This document shows, one piece after another, positions 1 to 11,604 of a stretch of 64,000 nt of DNA; the stretch's first letter is position 1; each line of letters starts with the position of its first letter. This stretch comes from Octopus sinensis. Lineage: Eukaryota. The notes under the pieces were generated by a model. That model saw nothing but the letters and a program-made list of their open reading frames with translations. It was not told the origin of the DNA and ran no database searches. The DNA lies in the NCBI RefSeq assembly GCF_006345805.1, contig NC_043005.1, positions 39,804,001 through 39,868,000 of the forward strand, written 5' to 3'. The translations under genes were made by a program, and so were the position numbers.

Positions 1-163
1 CATAATTTATCGAAACAGTTCAAAAGAGCAGAAAACGCATTTCTAGTTTTATTCTACTCGTGTATAAATTGCATAATTTGATACCCATTCATACTCAGAC
101 ACATCGACACACAGACACTCCACTCGCACGAGAAGAGGCATACACACAATATACGCATACGCA

Positions 164-194
<31 letters not shown>

Positions 195-430
195 CTATGC
201 AACTTCTCTTTCTATTTCTCTCTTTCTCTTTCTCCTTCTCTCCCTCTCTCCCTTTCTCCCATCTCTACCCTCTCTACACCTCTTTTCCCTCCACCGCTCT
301 CTCTCGCTCTCGCTCTTCTGAGTAAATTGCATAATTTGAAACTCATTAATACTCACACACATGTGCATATCTCTGTTTTTTAATCCATTTCTACTTCTCC
401 GTCTCCCTCTGTGTGTATATATATATATAT

Positions 431-481
<51 letters not shown>

Positions 482-527
482 ATAGATTTTAATCTATAAA
501 GGTATGAATATATATGTATGTGTATAT

Positions 528-573
<46 letters not shown>

Positions 574-1376
574 ATATATACATGTATATGAACACAACAG
601 TTACATTAAACTAAATGCGTTCATATATATATATATATATACATACATACATACATACATACATACATACATACATACATACATACATACACACATGCAT
701 ACATACACACACACATAATACACGTTTCAAAACGAAATCGTAAGTATGTGTGTGGCGGGGTGCATGCGCGTGTGTGTGTTTGTCTGTATGTGTATGTGTA
801 TATGTATGTATATATCTGATAAGAATTTTGCATTGAAACGTATATATTTTACGGGACTATTTGTGTTAATGTTATCGTATTAAACGCGATCTAAGCTTAC
901 TGTACGTCCTAATACAGCTTGCGATTGTTGCATTTTTATGAATTCCATGGATAAGGTCGATCCTAGAGATTGTTGCTGCTGCTTTTGATAATGCCCAGAT
1001 CGTATCCATTTAAAAACACAATCAAATTTATCTTTGGCATTTTATACTTTATTATTTGAAAGCCGATCACAATTCTCCCTTAAAGTGAACAACTGTTCGA
1101 GAGACTTTTCAACGCCAAGAGACATCAATGGAAAGACCCAAGGAGATGTGCTTTTATTCACATATTATGTGCTATTCAGACTTGCATCTTTACTGCTATT
1201 TGGTCGCATATTGGTTGCATAATTTATCGAAACAGTTCAAAAGAGCAGAAAACGCATTTCTAGTTTTATTCTACTCGTGTATAAATTGCATAACTTGATA
1301 CCCATTCATACTCAGACACATCGACACACAGACACTCGCACGAGAAGAGGCATACACACAAATATACGCATACGCA

Positions 1377-1407
<31 letters not shown>

Positions 1408-1613
1408 CTATGCAACTTCTCTTTCTATTTCTCTCTTTCTCTTTCTCCTTCTCTCCCTCTCTCCCTTTCTCCCATCTCTACCCTCTCTACACCTCTTTTC
1501 CCTCCACCGCTCTCTCTCGCTCTCGCTCTTCTGAGTAAATTGCATAATTTGAAACTCATTAATACTCACACACATGTGCATATCTCTGTTTTTTAATCCA
1601 TTTCTACTTCTCC

Positions 1614-1681
<68 letters not shown>

Positions 1682-1716
1682 ATAGATTTTAATCTATAAA
1701 GGTATGAATATATATG

Positions 1717-1735
<19 letters not shown>
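1..1735. repeat. Local duplication: ~530-bp segment at 1-530 repeated at 1218-1735
   Basis: cataatttatcgaaacagttcaaaagagcag... occurs at 1 and 1218. Unique sequence, CT-rich tract, (TA)n(GA)n and gataaatagattttaatctataaaggtatgaat are near-identical, differing mainly in microsatellite length. Confidence 0.9.
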
Positions 1736-1758
<23 letters not shown>

Positions 1759-1789
1759 TTTATATATACACGTACATATATATATATAC

Positions 1790-1868
<79 letters not shown>

Positions 1869-2124
1869 TTATATACAGGGGTACCAAAAGTCATGCCTTT
1901 TTGAATTTAGTATTTATGATTTAAAATCACATAAAATGCACGAAATTGTAATTAAAAATAATAAACACCATATTTCAGGCACCATTGAATGTTTGAATTA
2001 CTTGTAATTAGCAATTAGAATGTTGGACGTAATTTAAAATAATAAATATGATATTCAATGAGGCATGATGATGGTGTGCGAGTGTGAGTGTGCAATATAT
2101 ATATGTGTGTATATATGTGTGTGT

Positions 2125-2160
<36 letters not shown>

Positions 2161-2161
<1 letters not shown>

Positions 2162-2471
2162 GAGGTGCAATGGCCCAGTGGTTAGGGCAGCGGACTCGCG
2201 GTCGTAGGATCGCAGTCTCGATACCCAGACCGGGTGTTGTGACTGTTTATTGAGCGAAAACACCTAAAAGCTCCACGAATCTCCGGCAGAGGATGGTGGC
2301 GATTCCTTCTGTACTCTTTCTCTCACAACTTCCTCTCACTCTTTCTTCTGTTGGCCTGCTCTCTTAGCCAGCGGGGTGGCATCATTGGAAGGCTAAAATA
2401 ATGCGAAGCGCATTGTGACCAGCGATGTGTAGCAACATCTGATAGCCAGGTCGGTCACCTGATCACGTGAT
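2161..2471 (+). mobile_element. tRNA-derived SINE, family C (ggaggYgcaatggcccagtggttaggg head)
   Basis: A-box-like tggcccagtgg and B-box-like gtctcgatacc. Head and body are homologous to the copy at 38069; the head is also related to 48883. Confidence 0.8.
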
Positions 2472-2506
<35 letters not shown>

Positions 2507-2526
2507 AACACTCATAAATATGGGTT

Positions 2527-2861
2527 TTTTTCAGTCATTTGACTGCGGCCATGCTGGAGCACCGCCTCTTAGTCTAATAGATCAACCCTATGACTTATTC
2601 TTTGTATGCTTAGTACTTATCCTATCGATCATTTTTGCCGAAACGCTAAATTACGTGAACCTAGACACGCCACCATCGCTTGTCAAGCACACACACACAC
2701 ACACATACACACATTTCTTTCAGTTTCCGTCTACTAAATCCACTTTGGTCGGCCCGAGGCTATAGTAGAATACACTTGCCCAAGGGTGCCGCGCAGTGGA
2801 ACTGAACCCGGAACAATGTGATTGGTAAGCAAGCTACTTACCACACAGCCATTCCTGCGCC
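2527..2861 (-). mobile_element. tRNA-derived SINE, family A (CORE-like)
   Basis: Reverse complement of the 26868-27281 copy, from the head ggcgcagga.tggctgtgtggtaag to the tail gctccagcatggccgcagtcaaatgactgaa. Confidence 0.9.
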
Positions 2862-2894
2862 TAATTTAATTATATAATCTGTACATCAAATTCA

Positions 2895-3028
2895 ACAGAT
2901 CCGAAATGGATAAAAGGCAAAGTACACCTCGGCGAAATTTGAACTCAAAACGTAAAGACAAACGAAATACCGCTAACGCTTCTGCCATATACACACACAC
3001 ACACACATACATACATACATACATACAT

Positions 3029-3061
<33 letters not shown>

Positions 3062-3297
3062 TACATACATACATACATACATACATGCATACATACATAC
3101 ATACATACATACATACATACATACGAAATTTGAACTCAAAACGTAAAGACAAACGAAATACCGCTAACGCTTCTGCCATATACACACACACACATACATA
3201 CATACATACATACATACATACATACATACATACATACATACATACATACATACATACATACATACATACATACATACATACATACATACATACATAC
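2895..3297 (-). mobile_element. Family-B SINE 5' fragment plus (TACA)n, tandemly duplicated (~190-bp unit)
   Basis: cgaaatttgaactcaaaacgtaaagacaaacgaaataccgctaacgcttctgccatatacacac occurs at ~2934 and ~3124; it is the reverse complement of the family-B head. Confidence 0.75.
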
Positions 3298-3505
3298 GTG
3301 ACCGCGTATGTATCGTTGGTGATTTTTTCCCTCCGTCTTCCCTTCCTTGGATATTTTCTTTTCTTATGTTTCTGACGAAGAGCTCCGCTCGAAACGTTAA
3401 ATCCTCCTTCTTTCTTTCCTTTCCTGAGCGTCCAATAACACTATACTTGTTTCACGTCCTCGCGTTGTGTTTCCTCTTTGTGTTTTCATGTTTGGATTAA
3501 CTTTA
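3298..3505 (+). mobile_element. ~200-bp dispersed non-coding repeat carrying a hammerhead-like motif (probable PLE pseudo-LTR)
   Basis: About 80% similar to 36135-36343; its 5' part also resembles ~40490-40550. Embedded in microsatellite. Confidence 0.75.
3368..3402 (+). ncRNA. Minimal type-I hammerhead ribozyme-like motif
   Basis: guuu-CUGACGA-A-GAGC(ucc)GCUC-GAAAC-GUU-aaau: conserved core, 4-bp stem II, palindromic stem III (ACGU), stem I guuu/aaau. Confidence 0.65.
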
Positions 3506-3555
3506 CGTATGTACCTACATACATACAAACAAACATACATACATACGTACATACA

Positions 3556-3945
3556 TGGAGTGGCTGTGTGGTAAGTAGCTTGTTTACCAACCACATGGTT
3601 CCGGGTTCAGTCCCACTGCGTGGCATCTTGGGCAAGTGTCTTCTGCTATAGCCCCGGGCCGACCAATGCCTTGTGAGTGGATTTGGTAGACGGAAACTGA
3701 AAGAAGCCTGTCGTATATATGTATATATATATGTGTGTGTGTTTGTGTCTGTGTTTGTCCCCCTAGCATTACTTGACAACCGATGCTGGTGTGTTTACGT
3801 CCCCGTCAATTAGCGGTTCGGCAAAAGAGACCGATAGAATAAGTACTGGGCTTACAAAGAATAAGTCCCGGGGTCGATTTGCTCGACTAAAGGCGGTGCT
3901 CCAGCATGGCCGCAGTCAAATGACTGAAACAAGTAAAAGAGAAAG
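3556..3945 (+). mobile_element. tRNA-derived SINE, family A (CORE-like)
   Basis: Head ggagtggctgtgtggtaag...ggttcagtccc; segment tggcatcttgggcaagtgtctt resembles the CORE-SINE core; internal (TA)(TG) tract; tail gaaacaagtaaaagag. Confidence 0.9.
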
Positions 3946-5904
3946 AGAATACATACATACAGACAGACAGACAGACATACATTGTAATATATAATTCGTG
4001 TAAATATCCATACATAAACACAATATACACACTATAGAAACATTCATGTCCACTCACAAACCCATGAGTTTGTGAGTGGATATGTGTGATATTCACGTGT
4101 ATACCAATATAATGTGTATGTTTTGTAAATGTATATATATATTAACGTGGATGCGCAGCTTTTCTTATAGAGTACATAGTTTTAATTTTTGTTGTATACT
4201 AACATGTATGCATACATATATACACAAATATATACATATATACATGCATGCATCACAGTCAGCAACAACAGATTTAGAGGACCGTTTAGTTCTATTTTCT
4301 AGCGGCTTCCTCTTCAACTTTTCCGACCCAATTCAACCTAGATCAGTGACTGGTTGCTCTGCTTTTCTGTTGTATAAGAGAAGAGCCATCTTTCACCCAA
4401 AAAACTCAGCATCATTCATCCCGGATTACAAGACATACTTTCACCAAGTGGAAATTCGCTTTTACAATTACGGCTGACATCAATAACAACTCTAATATCG
4501 ATACCAATAACGCTAACAATACTACAAAATATGTGAGCTATTTCAGACGGCGTAAGTATTCTTCTCACTTCACTTAGTCTTTCCAATTAAATCAAGATCT
4601 ACTCCGATGCTTTCAAAAAGAACATGAAAATACTTCTATCGATTATATAAAGCGATTTAAAAAATTACTAGAACGAAACTTACTCAAACTTAAACTACTT
4701 CATGGCTTAAGAACTTTGACAACAGGCATCTTTCTTTGGCCAAAAAATAGCTATCACAGATAGCAATGTTATTCCTATGCTTGTGATGTTAGTCGATTTT
4801 CTAAAGACATCAAAGGCCAGCCAAAATCTATCATAAAGGAGATCGATAAAAATGTAAACAAACCGATATTATTATCACCTTCGCTCAATTCTCATATATC
4901 TTCCTACAAAACATGTCCGATGAAGATGACTGCGGAATATACCCAGATAGAAAACCGCAGTTTGAAAATAATTTTTCTAATTTTTCTAAGTTATCATTAA
5001 ATACCGCAACTCTTGACGAGAATACGGAAGAAAAATGCATTGACAGTATCGCTGGAGACCATATGAACATGTGAGATAGCCGGTATTGGACGATCAGTAC
5101 CTGTCCGTATACAGCTGCCATTTCTTTGAAAGAACGCCTAAGAGTTACCTGCAGTGCACCTGGTAAAGAAATGTCTCAATGTAGGCAATCCTGGTGTGTA
5201 ATGAAACTACATGGAGGTATTAACGGCATGCTCCGCAGAATCGAATGTTTTAGTATTATCATGTTTGAAGTAAATAAGTTCATAATATACCAACTACATA
5301 TGATTTTTTTTCGTCCGGCGTGCTGTTTCTCCTAGTTTGCTGCTTTCTTATGATAATATTCTTATGACTATATTAATGAAACAAATCGAAAATTTTATAG
5401 ATTCCTGGGGTGGAAATTAATAACTTTACAACCGGCAATCTAGACATTAAATGAAGAATTTCCTTATCGTGAAAAAAAATTAACAAGCTTAGTATTAACT
5501 ACAATTTTCTTCTGATCTGCAAACGGTATATCAGAATTTGAAATAAAAAAAAAACAATATTTTATTTACTTGAAATCCTTCACAAGAAGATTTTAAATCA
5601 TTTTGGTTCAAGATCTAGAATAAAAAGAAGGATTTCAAACAGAATCAATGATGGCTCGATAGAATCAAGAAAAAATGCTGTACCTAAAAGTGTAATCGAC
5701 TTCCAGCAACGCTGTCGGAAAGCGGCATAATGGTATGAATGGGTTGGAGCAACGTGAAAGGAAGTGACTAACTCAAGGTCGCAACACGTCACTGGTTCAA
5801 GTATTGAGTCTACAAACTAACAACCATCAGTCCAGCATTCCAAAACCATAGCGCCTTCAGTATGTAAGTGTTATGGCTAGCTAATTTGGTGTATCAGTCT
5901 GGCT

Positions 5905-5964
5905 TTATAGATAGATAGATAGATAGTTAGATAGATAGGTAGATAGATAGATAGATAGATAGAT

Positions 5965-6012
<48 letters not shown>

Positions 6013-6486
6013 ACATACATACATTTACAGAGTGCGATGGGAAAATTGTCGCCATTTTATTTTTTAATTTCCCGCATGCGCATTATATGTATATATGTAT
6101 GTATATAAATATATATATATGTGTGTGTGTGCGTGTGTGTGTGTGTGTGGTGTGTGTGTGTGTGTGTTTGTAAATGTATGTGTGCATGCATCAGTGGCAT
6201 TTTTTAGAACGTCAGCATTTTGCACCAGTATCCAATTTGTTGTCATCATAGTCAACGCTATCATCATCACCATTACCAACAGAAAAAAACAGCAACAGTA
6301 GTAGTAGTAGTAGTAGCAGTAGTAGTAGTAGGAGGAGGAGGAGGAGGAGGAGGGGGAAGGGGGAGAAGGAGGGGGAGGAAGGGAGCGGGGAAAGGGGAAG
6401 TGATGAAAGGAAGAAGAGATGAAAATAGAATTAAGGAAGAAAGAAAAGAAAGGAGAAAAGAAACCAAGGAGAGACGAAAAATAAAT

Positions 6487-6521
<35 letters not shown>

Positions 6522-6548
6522 GAATGGATAAGGAAAGAAACAAAGGTA

Positions 6549-6579
<31 letters not shown>

Positions 6580-6640
6580 GAATGGATAAGGAAATGAAAC
6601 AAAGGAAGAGAAGGAAGGAAAGAAAGGCTAGCACATTGTT
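5905..6640. repeat. Microsatellite and low-complexity cluster: (GATA)n, (TG)n, (GTA)n, (GGA)n, (GAAA)n
   Basis: Directly visible short tandem repeats. Confidence 0.95.
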
Positions 6641-7524
6641 TAATGGTGTCCGACCAATTGTCTGTAGTGAAAGAAGCGGTGCTAATGTAATGGCTGTGGT
6701 TTTATCGGTAGGTTTTATTGTATCTCTTCTTGGCAATGAACGTTAAAATTGGAATGGCGTTAGGTCGGTAGCCTCGCCAGCCTCGCCAGCTTCGCCAGAC
6801 AACAGCCACACTCCAGCAGTCATGCCAAAATACAGTGTGACGTCATCTATGAAACTACAAGTCCCACGCAACAATTGCCGGTTTATCACTTCATTTTTGG
6901 CTTAGATATGCTCCGTCTTAATCTTCCTTTTACCATTTCTATCTTCTATTCATTTTATTTTATTTCATTTTATTTTATTTTATTTACAGGATGACGAGAT
7001 GCCGGCTGATTGAATTTCGTAAAACACGAAAATGAAGAGGCTGTGTATAAATAGGAAATGGCTGAAACCGAAAATAGTCGTCCTATCTAAATGACATTCG
7101 CAACCCTCCCCCCACACACACACACATACATACACATACACACACACGCACGTACGCACGCACGCACCCGCATATTCACATACACACAAAACATGCTAGA
7201 CTGAAGCCGTCACTTTGCCTGGCCCTTGAGTGCATTTAATGGAGTTCCCTGTGATGCAAGCATTTGTGTGTGAGTATAAGTGAGCAATACAGGTATGCAT
7301 CCTGCAGGATAAGCTCCCAAGCAGTAACATATTTCGTTGACACTTTAAATCAGTAGTTCTCAACCAATTTTTGCCTATGGACCACTCTGATTATTTTAGT
7401 CATCGCAGGAGTCCCTCATAGCCATTCGACGTTTAAAAATTCCCAGTTTTATCATTAAATATTATTAGGAATTGTATACAAAAATGTTTAAATATTTTGT
7501 ATAGAAACATAACCAGTTTAAAAA

Positions 7525-7948
7525 GGCGGTGAGCTGGCAGAATCTTTAGCACGCCGGGCGAAATGCGCAGCGGTATTTCGTCTGCCGCTATGTTCTGAGT
7601 TCAAATTCGGTCGAGGTCGACTTTGCCTTTCATCCTTTCGGGGTCGATAAATTAAGTACCAGTTACGCACTGGGGTCGATATAATCGACTTAATACCTAT
7701 GTCTGTCCTTGTTTGTCCGCTCTATGTTTAGCCCCTTGTGGGTAATAAAGAAATAGGTATTTCGTCTGCCGCTATGTTCTGAGTTCAAATTCCGCCGAGG
7801 TCGACTTTGCCTTTCATCCTTTCGGGGTCGATAAATTAAGTACCAGTTACGCACTGGGGCCGATATAATCGACTTAATCCGTTTATCTGTCCTTGTTTGT
7901 CTTCTCTGTGTTTAGCCCTTTGTAGGTATTTTAAGTAAAGAAATAAGG
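7525..7948 (+). mobile_element. Dimeric tRNA-derived SINE, family B, with 15-bp TSD
   Basis: Head ggcggtgagctggcagaa, then two tandem units starting ggtatttcgtctgccgctatgttctgagttcaaatt. aacataaccagttta flanks both sides (7506-7520 and 7949-7963). Confidence 0.9.
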
Positions 7949-8087
7949 AACATAACCAGTTTATTGCAGATAAACTTTAACAACAAAATTCTCCTGTTGA
8001 GAACCACCGCTTTAGATAGTCACAACGATATCATAACATTTAAACAAAATTTATTCGCTACTTATTAACTATTCCTCATCAAGATTT

Positions 8088-8490
8088 TCATAGCTGCGTT
8101 GTTAAAAATTTCCTTTCGCAACCACTTAGTTTTGGGTTCGCTCCTACTGCATGACATCTTAAGCAAATGTTATCTACTATAATTGGGCCAATTAATTTCT
8201 TGCGAGTGGGTTTGATAGATGGGAAACTGTACGTAAGCCATTGCATATATAAATATGCATTGCGCGCGCTCACGTCGTGTCTAGGTACGTTTCTCTCCAC
8301 TTTATAACTGGAGTTGGTTTGTTTACGTCCTCGTAGCTTAGTAGTTCGGTAAAAAAAGAGTCCGTTATAGTAAGTGCCAGACTCCAGAAAAAAGTGTAAA
8401 GTACTGGAGTAGATTTGAATCAGCTATACCCTTTAATGCGGTGCTCCAGTATGACCGCAGTCCAAAGGCCGAAACAAGTAAAAGAATATA
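8088..8490 (+). mobile_element. Old, diverged family-A SINE
   Basis: Colinear degenerate match, including gcggtgctccagtatgaccgcagtccaaaggccgaaacaagtaaaagaata. Confidence 0.75.
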
Positions 8491-9942
8491 AAAGTCACAT
8501 GATTCTGTCATTTTGGATTTATTCGAACTCACGCCAACCATCTCTGCTGGAAGCAACAAATGTCCCTTTTCTTTCTTTCTGATCCTTTCAACTCTGTTTA
8601 TCGCTTCTCCCTTTTCCCCCTCTTCTAGCCTACTCACAAGAATACCAGATATTTCATGAAGTCGTTTATTCCCAATACAAATTATACCCCGTGGAATCTC
8701 TTTCTCACTTGTGTTCCTGAATTCCATTAACGTCTAACATTTCACTATCCACGTTCACAGAACCAATATTGTTCATTCCGTTGTTCCATTATAATGAAAC
8801 GAATGAGAGAGAGAGGGAGAGAAAGTGTGTGTGTGTGTGTGTGACAAAAGGCTGCTTGGGGATTCGGTCATTGTCATTTCTTCTTAGATACAACGATAAC
8901 AAACAACGTGGAATAGTAATTGATTATGCAATATTTTTCTACAAGGTTTTAATTCCTAGATCTGTTTAATATGACGCTTCATCAGCTTAGCTTCCACTTT
9001 CACACTTCACTTTTCATACTCAACCCTGCATTTGCTCGTTTACTTCACTGATAGATAAGTTGATTCGTTAATCAATCGATGAAACAATCTATCATTCAAA
9101 CTTATTGTTGTCTCGTTAGCCGTTAACTTTTTCTAGCCTGGAGACGACGACGGATATCAGCGGAAACCATATGCAGAGAAAAATATCTTGGAAAAATGCT
9201 TAACATTGCATTGCTTAACGTTGTCTTATATAGTTACGATCTCTCTTTCTCTCCCTCTCTCTCTCTCTCTCTCTCTGTTTTTATCCCTTTCTTACCCTCC
9301 CTCTCTTCCTCTCCCTCTCACTCTCTCTGTTTTTTTCCTTCTCTTTTTCTCTGTCTCGCTCCCTCCCTTACTTTCTGCCTTTCTCTTCCTCACCTTCTCT
9401 ACCTCTCTATCTCACTGCCTTACTCTTTTTGTCTTACCCTCTCTCTCACTCTCTCACTGCTTCACTCTTTTCCTCATATCCTCTCTCTCACTCCCCCACT
9501 CTCTCTATATTTCTCCATATCTATCTATCTCCCGTTTCTCCCCACCCTACCTCTCGCCCCTCGTCTCTACACCCTGTCTCTCTCCATCTCAATCCACATC
9601 ACCAATTACTCACATCTCCGCACCATCTTCTCTGTCATCTTCAATCTGGCCAACTGATATCTAAGTGTACATTTAAAATAACTTGCATGCTATAGTTGTA
9701 ATTATAGGAATAATACTGCTGGTAGTGGTTGTTGTTGCCGATGTTGTAATACTGGAAGAGTTAATTCACTGACAAGAGGATTTGTTTCAGAAAATTGCTA
9801 TTATGTGATAGCAATCTCTTGAGTTACCAACAACTACGAATCTCATACAAGCAGAATTTTGTCGTTTGTTGACCATCAGTTATTTTAACTGACGCTATTG
9901 ATGTCGACACTGGTGTCCTTGTTGTTGTTGTTGTTGTTGTTA

Positions 9943-10191
9943 CGGTGGCAAGCTGGCAGAATTGTTAGCACGCAGAACGAAATACTTAACGGTATTTTTG
10001 CCGTCGCTACATTCTGAGTTCAATTTCCGCTGAGGTCGACTTTGCCTTTCATCCTTTCAGGGTCGACAAATTAAGTACCAGTGCAAGACTGCGGTCCAGG
10101 TAATCGCTTAGACCCCTCCCACTAAATCATCACAGGCCGTGTGCCTTTAGTGGAAAGGATTATTATTATTATTATTATTATTATCATTATT

Positions 10192-10233
<42 letters not shown>

Positions 10234-10375
10234 ATTATTATTATTATTATTATTAAGGTGATGTGCTGGATGAATTGTCAGCACGCCGGACAAAGTGTCT
10301 TGTGGCATTTTTTCTGGCTTTGCGTGCTGCGTTCAAATTCCGCCGAGGTTGATTTTGCCTTTCATCCTTCCGTTG
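9943..10375 (+). mobile_element. Two diverged family-B SINE pieces separated by (ATT)n(GTT)n
   Basis: gaggtcgactttgcctttcatcctttcagggtcgac at ~10033 and gccgaggttgattttgcctttcatccttcc at ~10343. Confidence 0.75.
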
Positions 10376-10379
10376 AGCA

Positions 10380-11015
10380 CTGGCGTCTAATGCAATTGAG
10401 TAGCTCATCCCTTATAAAGTCAAGCCATGTGATTATAGTAGTAGGATTATTATTAGCCGGGGCCCATTGAAAATTTCCAGAAAATCTTGGCCTGAGCTCC
10501 TCAACCACGGAGAATATATTGTTCACGCAGGGGTTTCTTGCTCCACCATTCCTCAATTTGTTCCTGCCCGTTCTTTTTAGCACTCTGATTCGTTTTTCTT
10601 GCTCGGTAGCAGTAGCGTCGGGTTCTCCATCTAATTCAGGGCTAACACCAAGTTTCCTTGCGAATTTAGAAGCTTCCTTGACTACAGAATGCGACTTTTT
10701 GCTCCTTTCATGTTCACACACAAACTGCACCATCAAGTCCTCTGTACTAGACAAGTACTTTTTCATTCTTACAGTAGAGGTTTTATAACGGGATTCTAAT
10801 TGCATCATTCCTCTTCCCCCACTATTTCTAAGTAGGCAGAAAGTCAACGTCTCTCTTAGGGTGGTATATGCTATTAAATGTCAGTAATTCCTTGCCTTCC
10901 TATTTATGAGTTGGAGTTCCGTAAGATTCCAGTTAATGGTATTAAAACTGTACTGACTACTGGAAGGGCTAGGGTGTTAATGGCTTAAGAAAATAAATAT
11001 GTCCTGAAGACTGAA
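10380..11015 (-). mobile_element. R4/Dong-like non-LTR retrotransposon fragment (post-RT/thumb region)
   Basis: Reading across frameshifts: AINTLALPVVS..INWNLTELQLINRKARN...YHPKRD...RNSGGRGMMQLESRYKTSTVRMKKYLSSTEDLMVQFVCEHERSKKSHSVVKEASKF. This is the typical R4-clade AIN..A.PV..Y...W...HPK.D...GGRG pattern. Confidence 0.75.
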
Positions 11016-11026
11016 ATTTATTATTA

Positions 11027-11075
<49 letters not shown>

Positions 11076-11091
11076 CATCATTATTATTATT

Positions 11092-11552
11092 AACCTCTTC
11101 TTTCAATTTTGTTTCCATTTCTTGCCGAGTGTCTTCCATGTAGGGTAAAGAAACTCTCTACATACATTGGTAGGCCATTAAAAAAATGACACCAGATTGT
11201 ACATTAACAAAGTCATGTGATAGAAAAAAAGGAGAAGAAAGTTAGAGTGAAAAAGGAAAGAAAAAAAAGAAAAAATGAAAAAAGAAAAGAAAGAAAAGAA
11301 AATGGAAAAGGAAAGGAAATTCATAGTGGCAATGTTCTTCTCAATACGTATGGCGTACCAGTCAAAACAATCTTTTGCACTTCCTGCATGGATGGTAAGT
11401 CAGGGGTCATTCTCAAATAATTTTTAGTTCCTTTTTTGATCATTCCAAGTACTCCTACAATGACTGGTATTGTAACCGTCTTGAAATGCCACATTTTTTC
11501 GATTTCAATCAGCAGATCTTTATATTTTTTAAGCTTATCAAGTTCTTTTGCC

Positions 11553-11553
<1 letters not shown>
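11092..11553 (-). mobile_element. R4/Dong-like retrotransposon 3' end (RLE C-terminus plus 3' UTR) between (TAA)n arrays
   Basis: KAKELDKLKKYKDLLIEIEKMWHFKTVTIPVIVGVLGMIKKG...MQEVQKIVLTGTPYVLRRTL* matches the K..KY..L...P.V.GALG end of restriction-like endonucleases. (TTA)n lies at ~11020-11091 and ~11554-11603. Confidence 0.85.

Positions 11554-11604
<51 letters not shown>

Noticed and set aside
960-1260. Possible exon or transposase fragment (FDNAQ; FERLFNAKRHQW)
   Set aside because: Short frames with stops and no consistent family motif.
8365-8727. 120-aa minus-strand ORF (MEFRNTSEKE...)
   Set aside because: Its 3' part runs into a SINE and it shows no recognisable protein motif.
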